Assembly: GCA_965226375.1 (NCBI GenBank)
Contig: CBDDCX010000008.1
Coordinates: forward strand, 2,144,001-2,208,000
Length of the DNA: 64,000 bases
Source: Longimicrobiales bacterium
Lineage (GTDB): Bacteria > Gemmatimonadota > Gemmatimonadetes > Longimicrobiales > Gaopeijiaceae
Direction: 5' to 3'
This document shows positions 1 to 9,192 of the stretch, one piece after another. A program made the position numbers and the translations under genes. Positions within the stretch are counted from its first letter, which is position 1; every line of letters starts with the position of its first letter. The notes under the pieces were generated by a model. The model did not search any database and was not told the origin of the DNA. It saw only the letters and a list, made by a program, of their open reading frames with translations.

Positions 1-1
1 G

Positions 2-229
2 GCCACGGAGCTTATTCGCCGCGAGTACTATGGGTCGGGACGCGCAGTGCCTCGAGGTTGCCATCCCAGGGATATCCTGGACCACCTCAGAGATATCGCA
101 GTCTTCCGGGGAGTGGATCCCGAACTTTCTCCATCTCTTCTGCGACAGGCCTGCGAGTCCTACTTCGTGGCGATGGACGCCGAGGAGGATCCAGGGCAGA
201 GACGCCTTACCGAAGGAGTGGTACCATGA
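2..229 (+). CDS. C-terminal fragment of a probable ATPase (runs off window start)
   Basis: Frame 2 is open from base 2. RGCHPRDILDHL...LLRQACESYF resembles AAA-type ATPase C-termini. Stop overlaps next ATG (ATGA). Confidence 0.5.
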   Translation, partial: ATELIRREYYGSGRAVPRGCHPRDILDHLRDIAVFRGVDPELSPSLLRQACESYFVAMDAEEDPGQRRLTEGVVP

Positions 230-888
230 CGGAGACGCATCGGGACAACGAGTACCGGATCAGGGAAGTCTACGCGGTCCTGGATCGACGCATCGAAGCC
301 CTGGAGGGCCGGCATCGCCGCCGCCGAGGGCTCGTAACCATGTCGCTTCTGGCAGCGCTGGCGGCTTTCGGGCTCTCAACGTTCGGCTTGAGTCGGCTCC
401 AGCACGCCAACTTCCCGGGAGAGGTCGCTCCGATTCTGGAAACACGCGCCATGGTCCTCCGAGGTCCCGAAGGCCTCGAACGGGGTGCCCTTCGAGTCGG
501 CGCCGACGGGACGGTGAGCGTGACCCTGAGCGACCAGCGTGCCCGACCCCGGATTCGCCTCTCCGTGCTGGCGGACGGCTCTCCAGGTGTGAGCCTTCTG
601 GATTCTGACGGGGACACGCGAGCCGTTCTGGGCCTTCTTCCCGACGGAACCACGACCCTCGTCTTCGCCGACGCAGGATCGGTGGCCCGCACCGTCTTAG
701 CTCTCACACCAGACGGCGCCTCTCGAATCGTTTTCAGCGACCAGTTCGGGGAAACACGAACCGCTGTAGGAGTTGACGGGGAGGGGCGCCCCGAGGTGAG
801 TACTCTGGTTGTAGTGGAAGGTGGCTGCAGTCAACGACCCCTCGGGTCATCACCGTTATCCCACCGAATTAAATGGCGAACAATGTAA
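226..888 (+). CDS. Hypothetical single-pass membrane protein with short beta-repeats
   Basis: ATG at 226 after GGAG; one TM helix; repeated D-x-x-G-x-x-R-x-x-L units. Confidence 0.65.
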   Translation: MTETHRDNEYRIREVYAVLDRRIEALEGRHRRRRGLVTMSLLAALAAFGLSTFGLSRLQHANFPGEVAPILETRAMVLRGPEGLERGALRVGADGTVSVTLSDQRARPRIRLSVLADGSPGVSLLDSDGDTRAVLGLLPDGTTTLVFADAGSVARTVLALTPDGASRIVFSDQFGETRTAVGVDGEGRPEVSTLVVVEGGCSQRPLGSSPLSHRIKWRTM

Positions 889-2078
889 GAGTCGTGCGGG
901 GCTGGGTGTGGCCCGGTCTGATTTTTCTGCTGTTGGGTGTCCTACTGGCCACGATCTGGCGGGAAACACCCTGGCTCGCGGGGACGGCTGACGTCTATGC
1001 GCCGGTTGTGTACGGCACTGGGTGGCTTCTCGCTTGGCGTTATCGCCGTAGCCGGGTGGCAGCAGTCCTTCTCGGTCTCTTCATGATGGATGTGCTTCTC
1101 CGACCCTCGAGTTATGCCCTGGAGCCCGGCGTCGGGTCAGTTTGGGATAGCAGCGGCGTGCTGTTCCTGTTTCTACTGCCGGTGGTCGCGGCGACCAAGG
1201 ATCGCAGTGTATCCTCGCCTAGGGGGCTCATCCAGGTCGCAATCATCCTGACGGGATTGACGGGTGGTCTCATGGTTTGGGCGGTGCGTCCCGAGCTCCT
1301 TTGGTGGACTTGGCAAACGCTCATTCCCTTGGATCTCTCGAGGCTTCACTTGTCGGATGCGGCCTTGGCAGTGGGCCTGTTCGCGCTCCTATTCACGGGC
1401 GGACTCGCGGGATGGCGAGGCCATCGCCTGGACAAGAGCTTCTTCTGGATCGCCGTGGCGCTGCTACTGGCGCTGCGAGGGGGGGCCGACTCCCTGGAGT
1501 CGACGATCTACCTGACCATGGCCGGCCTCATGCTGATCGTAAACGTACTCGAAAAGTCATACTCCCTCTCCCTTCATGATGATGTCACGCACCTTCGGGC
1601 AGGAAGAGCATTGCGGCGAGAGATCATGCTCACAGGATCGTCGTATGCCCTGGCCCTTGTGAGCGTCGATCACCACAAGGCGCTTCACGACCGTTATGGA
1701 CGAGACGTGAGCGACCGTGTCATGAGAAAGGTCGCCAACCACTTACGGAAGGCGGGCGCCGACGCTTTCCGTTACAGCGGCGAGTATTTTGCGCTTGTTT
1801 TCGCAGGGAAGGGGCGCAATGAGGTCCTCGGTGACCTTGAGATCATGCGAGCGGAGATCGAGGACTTCCGGTTTTCACTGCAGCCCCAGGCGACTGGAAA
1901 CGGCCACGGCGAGACCGCACGGCATCCCTCGGAGTGGTGGTCCCTGACCGTGACGGTCGGCGTGGCCGAACGCGGAGAAGAAGGGGGGTGGTCCGCCAGA
2001 TACGGCGCCATAGTGCAGGCTGCCCGTAGGGCCCTCCATCGTGGTCAAAAGGCCGGCGGAAACACGGTTTCGAAATAG
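873..2078 (+). CDS. Multi-TM protein with degenerate GGDEF domain
   Basis: About 7-8 hydrophobic helices, then D-x-D-H-x-K-x-x-x-D-x-Y-G, FRYSGEYF and LTVTVGVAE motifs. Confidence 0.8.
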   Translation: MANNVRVVRGWVWPGLIFLLLGVLLATIWRETPWLAGTADVYAPVVYGTGWLLAWRYRRSRVAAVLLGLFMMDVLLRPSSYALEPGVGSVWDSSGVLFLFLLPVVAATKDRSVSSPRGLIQVAIILTGLTGGLMVWAVRPELLWWTWQTLIPLDLSRLHLSDAALAVGLFALLFTGGLAGWRGHRLDKSFFWIAVALLLALRGGADSLESTIYLTMAGLMLIVNVLEKSYSLSLHDDVTHLRAGRALRREIMLTGSSYALALVSVDHHKALHDRYGRDVSDRVMRKVANHLRKAGADAFRYSGEYFALVFAGKGRNEVLGDLEIMRAEIEDFRFSLQPQATGNGHGETARHPSEWWSLTVTVGVAERGEEGGWSARYGAIVQAARRALHRGQKAGGNTVSK

Positions 2079-2124
2079 AAGCACCGAAACCGCAACGGCA
2101 CCCGCACCTTGGCATGACGGGACA

Positions 2125-2308
2125 CTAGTGTCCTGAGTCAGAAGTTCGGTGCAGAACCGAGGGGGCCGATGCGCCATCCTGGCAAGGCGCGATGACGAGG
2201 GTCAACAACGCGAAGCGTTGTCGGCACCGCTATTGCGAGGAGAGCAACGCGGCCAGGGTGGATGCATCGGGTCATGAATTCCAGCGAACTTCTGACTCAG
2301 GACACTAG
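2125..2308. mobile_element. MITE-like non-autonomous element with perfect 24-bp terminal inverted repeats
   Basis: CTAGTGTCCTGAGTCAGAAGTTCG (2125-2148) and its exact reverse complement (2285-2308); CTAG at both ends; internal inverted repeats; no credible ORF. Confidence 0.8.
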
Positions 2309-3819
2309 CCCTCCCTCATCCCTGCCCTTCGGTCCACCCGCTGCGAGTCGGTCGGTTCGGGTTCGAGGGTGAAGCGGAGGATGGCCCCCTCACCTACGAT
2401 GCCCTCGCCCCACACTCGCCCGCCGTGGCGGCGCGCGACTCGCATGACGGTGGCCAGCCCGAGCCCGCTGCCTGCGAACTCCGCCTCGGTATGGAGCCGC
2501 TCGAACGCTCGGAAGATTCGGCCACGGTCGTCGTTGTCGAAGCCGATCCCATTGTCGCGGACGTAGTAGGTCGGGACCCCGCTCTCGCCCTCCTCGGTGC
2601 CTAGCTCGATCAGAGCCTCTTTTCTCGGCCCAGTGTATTTCCACGCGTTTTGGAGCAGGTTGGTGAGCAGAAGCCTCAAGAGCGTCTTGTCCCCAACGGC
2701 CGTGATCCCCGGCTCCGCCTCGAACCGTACGTCGCGACCCGGGACGAGTGCCCGCAGTTCGTTGATGATCTCGTGACCCAACGATGACAGGTCCACGTTC
2801 TCTTCCCTGATCTCCGCGCGGGTGAGGTCAGCGAGGTCGCGCAGGTCGTCGATAATGTGTGTCATGTGCCGGCTCGCGGCCCGAATGCGCTTCAGGTAGT
2901 CCTTCAGCGGTTCGGTGAGTACCTCGCCCACGGCTTTATCGAGGTACTCGCTGAATTGGGTCACGGTCATCAACGGGTTCTTCAAGTCGTGAGCGACGGC
3001 GTCGCTGAACGCCTCTAACTCCTGGTTCGCTGCTTCGAGTGCCGCGACCGACCGCTCATGATATTGCTCGATCTGTTTCTGATCGGTCGTATCGCGTACC
3101 TCCACCAGGACCCCCGACACGGAGCCGTCATCCCCGAAGAACGGGGCGTACCGCGCATCCACGTGCCGACGGCCACGCCTCGGCGAATTCCACCAGAAGC
3201 CGAAAACCACCTCCTCACCCGATAAGGAACGATCCAAATGGGGTTTCAGCTTCGTTTGAAAGGCCTCCTCTCCAAACACGTCGGCTACGGTGCATCCGAG
3301 AATTTCCTCCTGGGTAAGCCGGTGTTCATCGCAGTAGGCTTGGTTCACCGCCCGATACGTATAGGTGTCATCAACAAACACCATGAGACCGCTCGTAGCG
3401 GTGACCATGGCCTTATGCCATTGAAGTGCCTCCTGCGTCTGGTCTAGCTCCCCGGCTCCTGACGTGACCTTCTCGGCGGTGATCAGGAGCCAACTCTCGT
3501 CCAGCGGCACCACACGCACCGAGGTAACGCCCGACGGGACCTCCGCATCTTCAAATGCCCCCTCGCCAAGATCGACTATCTCCTGATCTGCGAACGCCTG
3601 CTCGTAGGCATCGAGCTGTCTTGAGCCGAGACCTCCAGGGAACACGTCCGTGATGTTTCGGCCGATGACATCCTCTTCGCGGACACGGCTCCACTCGCCG
3701 CTCATCCGGGCCGCAGAATTGACGTCCAGGATGTCGAACTCTCCTGGCGCTCGGCGCTCGAGGATCACTCCGGGAAATGGAGATTCGTGGAACGCCGCTT
3801 TATGGACGGGGGAGATCAT
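2305..3819 (-). CDS. PAS-domain sensor histidine kinase
   Basis: PAS domains; H-box AVAHDLKNPL; N-box NLLQNAWKY; G1 DNGIGF; G2 GSGLGL. Confidence 0.93.
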   Translation of the reverse strand: MISPVHKAAFHESPFPGVILERRAPGEFDILDVNSAARMSGEWSRVREEDVIGRNITDVFPGGLGSRQLDAYEQAFADQEIVDLGEGAFEDAEVPSGVTSVRVVPLDESWLLITAEKVTSGAGELDQTQEALQWHKAMVTATSGLMVFVDDTYTYRAVNQAYCDEHRLTQEEILGCTVADVFGEEAFQTKLKPHLDRSLSGEEVVFGFWWNSPRRGRRHVDARYAPFFGDDGSVSGVLVEVRDTTDQKQIEQYHERSVAALEAANQELEAFSDAVAHDLKNPLMTVTQFSEYLDKAVGEVLTEPLKDYLKRIRAASRHMTHIIDDLRDLADLTRAEIREENVDLSSLGHEIINELRALVPGRDVRFEAEPGITAVGDKTLLRLLLTNLLQNAWKYTGPRKEALIELGTEEGESGVPTYYVRDNGIGFDNDDRGRIFRAFERLHTEAEFAGSGLGLATVMRVARRHGGRVWGEGIVGEGAILRFTLEPEPTDSQRVDRRAGMREG

Positions 3820-3909
3820 TCGTTGTTTCCACCGGATGGACGGGACATTTCTTCAAGTGGCTAACACCATATTGTGCAGCCTACGCGGTCCAGGCGCTAC
3901 CGCGTGTCC

Positions 3910-5178
3910 CTAGGCGCCCAGCTCTCGGATCCCTCGGGCGAACGTGTCCACGTCTCCCAGCGTCGAGAACACATTCGGCGTCACGCGAATGCCCTCCCAT
4001 TCTCCCTCCACGAATCGGGGCCGCACGTGGATCGAATAGCGCTCCTGGAGTAGATCGGTCAGCTCGGCGGCACCGATGCTGTCGATCCCCATCGTGCCGA
4101 GAGCCCCCGCCTGAACGTCGTCGTCCGCCGTGTAGAACCGCACCTTTGGTAAATCCTTCACCTGTTCCATCCAACGGTGGCGAAGGAAACGGAGGCGGGC
4201 GGCTTTGCGCTCTCCGCCGATGCTCTCGTGGAAGGTGATGGCTTCACCGATGGCGTTGGGGATGGCGAGCGGGTACGTCCCGATCTGTTCGAACTTCCGG
4301 ATGTTGTCGTCCATCGAGGCGGGCGCGGGCGTGAGCGCCCAGACTTCCGGGATCAGGGGGCGACGCACGTAAAGCATTCCGGTTCCCACCGGAGCGGTGA
4401 GCCACTTATGAAGGCTTGTCCCGAAAAAGTCGCACCCCAGCTCATGCAGGCTGAACGGGAAGTGCGCGAACGAGTGGGCACCGTCGACCACGCTGGTGAT
4501 CCCTCGTTCTCGGGCCATGCGGCAGATGGCCTGAACCGGGAAAATCTGTCCGGCCGTGTAGCTGACGTGTGACACGTGGACCACACGAGTGCGATCCGTG
4601 ACGTTCGAGGCGAACAACTCCGCGAGCTCCGCAGGATCGTCCGGGGGCGTGGGTACCGGAAACGTGCGGAGCACCACACCGTCACGGCGCTCGCGCTGAC
4701 GCCAGGTGGTGATCATGCGCGGGTAGTCCTGCGTGGTCGTGAGGATCTCGTCCCCCGGCTGAAGCTTCATGCCGAGCTGTACGATCTGGAGCGACTCGGA
4801 GGTATTGCGGGTGATGGCGATCTCTTCCGGATCGGCTCCGGCCATGGTCGCCAAGCGTCGCCGGACAAGCTCCCTATGGGGTGCGAGCATGTCGTCGACC
4901 CAGAGCGACGGGCTCATGTTGGTGATGGTCATGTAGTTCTGGACCGCATCCTGCACCACCCGAGGCGCGGGACTCACGCTTCCGCTGTTCAGGTTGATCT
5001 CGTTCGGGTCGATGGTGAAGGCTCGCCGGATCATGAACCAGTAGGCCTCGTCCTGGGCGACCTCCTGAGGGGTCATGCCCTCTACCAGCCTCGCCGCCTT
5101 CTCGGCTCGCACTGTTGCGTCCGAACGAAGGGCCACGAAGCCGACACCGAGCCGTTCCAGAAATCGCCGCCGCTTCAT
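3910..5178 (-). CDS. Class V aminotransferase (cysteine desulfurase/isopenicillin N epimerase-like), Tat-type signal
   Basis: MKRRRFLERLG twin-arginine start; NLNSGS, VDGAHS and SLHKW (PLP Lys) motifs. Confidence 0.85.
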   Translation of the reverse strand: MKRRRFLERLGVGFVALRSDATVRAEKAARLVEGMTPQEVAQDEAYWFMIRRAFTIDPNEINLNSGSVSPAPRVVQDAVQNYMTITNMSPSLWVDDMLAPHRELVRRRLATMAGADPEEIAITRNTSESLQIVQLGMKLQPGDEILTTTQDYPRMITTWRQRERRDGVVLRTFPVPTPPDDPAELAELFASNVTDRTRVVHVSHVSYTAGQIFPVQAICRMARERGITSVVDGAHSFAHFPFSLHELGCDFFGTSLHKWLTAPVGTGMLYVRRPLIPEVWALTPAPASMDDNIRKFEQIGTYPLAIPNAIGEAITFHESIGGERKAARLRFLRHRWMEQVKDLPKVRFYTADDDVQAGALGTMGIDSIGAAELTDLLQERYSIHVRPRFVEGEWEGIRVTPNVFSTLGDVDTFARGIRELGA

Positions 5179-5498
5179 GGGACTTGTCTCCTGATCGCTA
5201 TCGAAAAGAACGGGCCCGGAGCTGCTCGACCGTAGACAGATCCGATCACGAGATTGCTCCGGAATACCGTCGTGAACCGTGAATATGACGTGGCTTGCTC
5301 CGCTACGCACGTCACCGACCGCTGAGTCCACAGCTTCGGTTCGCCCCCGTTATTCGTGTTCGGCAAAGATGCGGTGACCGCTTTGCATGTCGAAGGGACT
5401 GGCCCGGGTGATCGCCCTTCCGTAGGATCGGTACTTGATTCCCGGTGGACGAACGGGGGGGTGGGTGGTGAGGGCCGATTTCGAGCGTTGGAGATGTA

Positions 5499-6119
5499 AT
5501 GAGCAAGAGACCCCTCGCGCTGTTCCTCATCCTGGCTGGCGCTGCCGTGACCGCGGCCTGCGACATCGGACCCGGTGAGAGGATCATGCTCGGACCCCAC
5601 GATGGACTCGAGCTCACGCCCGTGGACACGGGACGGGTGAAGGTGGGGGACGTCGCCCCGGACTTCTCGGCCATGTCCTACGACGGACCGGTGATCACGC
5701 TCTCGGACTATCGGGGGGAGAAGAACGTCGTCCTGGTCTTCTATCGGGGACACTGGTGACCTTGGTGTGCCGGTCAGCTCGGGAAGCTGAGAGAACTTCT
5801 GTCACCGGAGCAGCTCGAGAACACCGAGCTACTCGCCATCTCCATAGACGATCGGGAACACCAGCAGATGATGATCGACCGCGTCGCCAAGGACGACGGC
5901 ATGCTCATCGAGTTTCCGCTGCTCTCGGATCCGGAGCATCGCATCATCGACCGCTACGGGTTGTTCAACCCCGACGAAGCGAAGATGAGGCCGGTACCCC
6001 ATCCGACGACGCTGGTCATCGACAAACAGGGTGTCGTTCGCTGGAAAGTCGTGGAGATCGACTACCGGTTGCGGCCGACCAACGAAGACATCCTGTCCGC
6101 CTTGTCGGCTTTGGACTGA
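5499..6119 (+). CDS. Peroxiredoxin-like (AhpC/TSA) lipoprotein, predicted selenoprotein with UxxC (W-U-P-W-C)
   Basis: ORFs 5499-5759 and 5868-6119 share a frame, separated only by TGA 5757-5759 in VLVFYRGHW*PWC, the thioredoxin-fold CxxC position. SECIS-like hairpin follows. Lipobox VTAAC. Confidence 0.9.
5774..5790 (+). promoter_or_regulatory. Putative bacterial SECIS of the Prx-like gene
   Basis: TCAGCT-CGGGA-AGCTGA stem-loop starting 14 nt after the TGA. Confidence 0.7.
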
Positions 6120-6144
6120 TCACGACCATCCGGGAGGAGTCTGC

Positions 6145-8022
6145 ATGAAGCCGGTGACCGCGTTGATCAGCGTGATGCTCGCGGGTGCCCTCCCCGCTGC
6201 GTCACAGACGCCTCGACCGGTCGCCGACGGAGTAGCGGTACTTCCTGTCTCTGCCCGCGCCGACCTTCCGGCCCGGAACGCGGGATGGGTGGAGCTCGAG
6301 GACTACCTGCTCGTGATCGACGCCGGGCCAGGCGAGAGCGGATCCGAGGTGTTCGAGGCCGCCAGCCGTGCGACTGGCAAGCCCGTGCGTTTCGGGGTTC
6401 GTACCTGGGGCGCCCCTGACCGTGCGTCGGATGGCGCGCCCAAAGGGCTGACCTGGCTTTCGGCCTGGCAGGCGGGTGCCGGGGCCGGCGCTTCGTCGGC
6501 CGGCAGAACAGACGGGACGATGCCCGCCGGTCCTGAGCTGGCCCTCCCGGCAGGAGCAGCGCTGGAAGATTCCACTCGTCGCGTGGAACTCCATCACGTA
6601 GATGATCGGGCGGGGGGTGCTCTAGCGGTCTACGTAGCCGGGACAGGTACCCTCTTCGCCGGTGACCTGGTGGGTATGGGCAGGGGCTCAGCCCACCTTC
6701 CGCTGGACGTCTGGATCCGAGCCCTCGAGAGGCTCGAGCGATTGGACCCCGAGGTGGTGGTCCCCGGAAGCGGTCCTGTGGAGAGCCCTGAGGTGCTAGC
6801 GACGACTCGCACCGCGCTGAAAGAGGTCACGGCGCGGATTTCCGAGGCGATGGCCCGCGGGAACACTCGAGAACAGGTGCTGGCAGCCGTGATTTCGGAT
6901 GACTTCACCGTCCTCCCGGAGGGCACGATCGACCAGGCATACGATGAGCTGGTCGGCCTCCGGCCGGCCACCGCCTTCGTGGAAGGGCTCGGACTTCGGG
7001 AGGGTCCCTCTCCGACAGCCGCCACCCCGGGGTGGACTCGTCCCACCAAGGTCGTGGTGGCCGACTTCTGGCCGGGGCGCACGGAGCAGATCGCTCTGGT
7101 CGCGCCGGGGGTCGAGGTAATCGTGGTGTCCGATCCCGAAGAGGCCGCTGAAGCCGGACGGGACGCACAAGCCGTTCTGGGATGGCTGACGCCCGAGATC
7201 TTCCGCGCGGGCCAGAAGCTGCGTTGGGTCCAGCTCAACGCGGCGGGTGTGGAGAGTTACGTGGCCATGCCGGGCTTCGCCGAAAGCGACATCGTGCTAT
7301 CCAACGCTCAGCGGATCTTCGCCCCGGGGGGAGCGGAGCACGTGCTGGGCATGGTATTGACCTTGAGTCGCCGTCTCCACATCGCACTGGAGTTGCAGCG
7401 CGAGCGTCGCTGGGACATCACACCCCTGACCGGCCCCACACCCTACACGGGAGCGGGCAGCGAACTGCTCGAGCTCCGCGGTCGGACACTACTGGTGGTC
7501 GGGCTGGGAGGCATCGGCACCGAGGTGGCCCGGGTGGCCAGCGGAATCGGCATGCGGGTCATCGCCACGCGGGGGAGCAGCCGCAACGGACCTCCGTTCG
7601 TTGACTACGTGGGCCTCTCTTCGGAGCTCCTCACACTGGCCCCGCAGGCCGACGTCATCGTGAACAGCGTCCCGCTCACATCAGCTACCGAGAACATGTT
7701 CGACGACCGCTTCTTCGCGGTGACGAAACCCACGGCGTTCTTCGTGAACATCGGCCGCGGTCGTACGGTGGATACCGAAGCCCTCATGCGCGCCCTTCGT
7801 AACGGACGGATCGCCGGGGCGGGCCTGGACGTAACCGAGCCCGAGCCGCTCCCCGTCGATCACGAGCTCTGGGGCATGCCCAACGTCCTGATCACGCCAC
7901 ACCTGGGCGGCGACGGAGACGGTCACATGGAGCGTATGTGGCTCCTATTTAGAGAGAACCTCCGCCGATTCGTAAACGGAGAACCGTTGCTGTCCGTGGT
8001 GGACAAGAGGCGGGGGTATTGA
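6145..8022 (+). CDS. Fusion: degenerate metallo-beta-lactamase-fold domain + D-2-hydroxyacid dehydrogenase
   Basis: GGAGG RBS; signal peptide; LLVIDAG, TLFAGDL and VVPGSG MBL-like motifs; GLGGIG, NIGRG, LDVTEPEP and ITPHLGG dehydrogenase motifs. Confidence 0.8.
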   Translation: MKPVTALISVMLAGALPAASQTPRPVADGVAVLPVSARADLPARNAGWVELEDYLLVIDAGPGESGSEVFEAASRATGKPVRFGVRTWGAPDRASDGAPKGLTWLSAWQAGAGAGASSAGRTDGTMPAGPELALPAGAALEDSTRRVELHHVDDRAGGALAVYVAGTGTLFAGDLVGMGRGSAHLPLDVWIRALERLERLDPEVVVPGSGPVESPEVLATTRTALKEVTARISEAMARGNTREQVLAAVISDDFTVLPEGTIDQAYDELVGLRPATAFVEGLGLREGPSPTAATPGWTRPTKVVVADFWPGRTEQIALVAPGVEVIVVSDPEEAAEAGRDAQAVLGWLTPEIFRAGQKLRWVQLNAAGVESYVAMPGFAESDIVLSNAQRIFAPGGAEHVLGMVLTLSRRLHIALELQRERRWDITPLTGPTPYTGAGSELLELRGRTLLVVGLGGIGTEVARVASGIGMRVIATRGSSRNGPPFVDYVGLSSELLTLAPQADVIVNSVPLTSATENMFDDRFFAVTKPTAFFVNIGRGRTVDTEALMRALRNGRIAGAGLDVTEPEPLPVDHELWGMPNVLITPHLGGDGDGHMERMWLLFRENLRRFVNGEPLLSVVDKRRGY

Positions 8023-8062
8023 GAACGCATTCACGTGCAGGGAACCTGAAGGAGAATCGACG

Positions 8063-9106
8063 ATGACCAGGACGACAACCTGGACCAGCGTGATGGTGCT
8101 CACGGTCGCCCTGCTGGTGCCCAGGGCCGGAGAGGGCCAGGCGGGAGAGTACCTCTACGTCGAGAACACGGTCGGTGGTGACGTCACCGTCATCTCCATT
8201 CCCGATCACGTGGTGGTAAGCACCATTCCGGCCAGCATCGTGGGCCACGAGCCCGACGACGTCATCGCCTCCTCGGACGGGAGGGCGATCTTCGTAAACC
8301 GTATCGGGGCCGAGGACGTGCTGGTCATCAGTACCGATACAGAAGAGGTGCTCTGGAGCGTCCCGATCGATGGACAACCCAACCACCTGACCCTGTCCGC
8401 CGACGATCGGTGGCTGTACGTGCCGGTGCTCAACGCCACGTACGTGGAGGTCGTCGATACGGAGCTTCGGAAAGTGGTCGACCGCATCGAGGTCGGATAC
8501 GGTCCGCACGGCACCCTGCTATCGGCCAACGGCGAGCGGGTCTATGTGGCCAACATCTTGAGCGATCAGATCGTGGTGTTCGAGGTTGGCACGAACCGCG
8601 TGGTGAAGAACATCTTCCTTCCCGAAGGAGTGCGGCCATTCCAGATATCCCCCGACGAGACCAAGCTGTGGGCCCAGCTCTCCAAGCTGCACGGCTTCGT
8701 GGAGGTCGACCTCGTCACCGACCGGGTCACCAAGACGATCCACCTGCCGACGTTGGGCAAGGCGTTCACCCCATCGCAGATCAATGACTGGCCTGCCTCG
8801 GTGGGCCACGGTATGCAGCTCACGTTGGACAACCAGTACCTGTTCGTCGCGGCCACTCTGTACGACTACGTCGCTATCTACACGGTGCCGGGCCTCGACC
8901 TGGTGGCGACCATCCCCACGGGGAAGGAACCGGGCTGGCTCGCGATGAATCACGACGGGCAGTTCATGTACGCGTCGAACCGGGGCGACAACACCATCTC
9001 CGTGATCTCGATCGCCGAACGGCGAGAGATCAAGCGACTGGAGGCAGGAGAGTATCCGCAACGGATGAAAGCCGTGATGGTGCCGCGTCGACGGGTGGGA
9101 TCGTGA
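8063..9106 (+). CDS. Secreted YVTN/YncE-type beta-propeller protein
   Basis: Signal peptide; repeated V-G-x-x-P-H-G / Y-V-A-N blades. Confidence 0.85.
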   Translation: MTRTTTWTSVMVLTVALLVPRAGEGQAGEYLYVENTVGGDVTVISIPDHVVVSTIPASIVGHEPDDVIASSDGRAIFVNRIGAEDVLVISTDTEEVLWSVPIDGQPNHLTLSADDRWLYVPVLNATYVEVVDTELRKVVDRIEVGYGPHGTLLSANGERVYVANILSDQIVVFEVGTNRVVKNIFLPEGVRPFQISPDETKLWAQLSKLHGFVEVDLVTDRVTKTIHLPTLGKAFTPSQINDWPASVGHGMQLTLDNQYLFVAATLYDYVAIYTVPGLDLVATIPTGKEPGWLAMNHDGQFMYASNRGDNTISVISIAERREIKRLEAGEYPQRMKAVMVPRRRVGS

Positions 9107-9192
9107 CGGTACGTAGGATCGAGACCGTGCCTGGGAGCACAGCCCTGCGTCGAACCACGACCATGCGCGGAGTCGCGAATGTCCGAGGCGTG

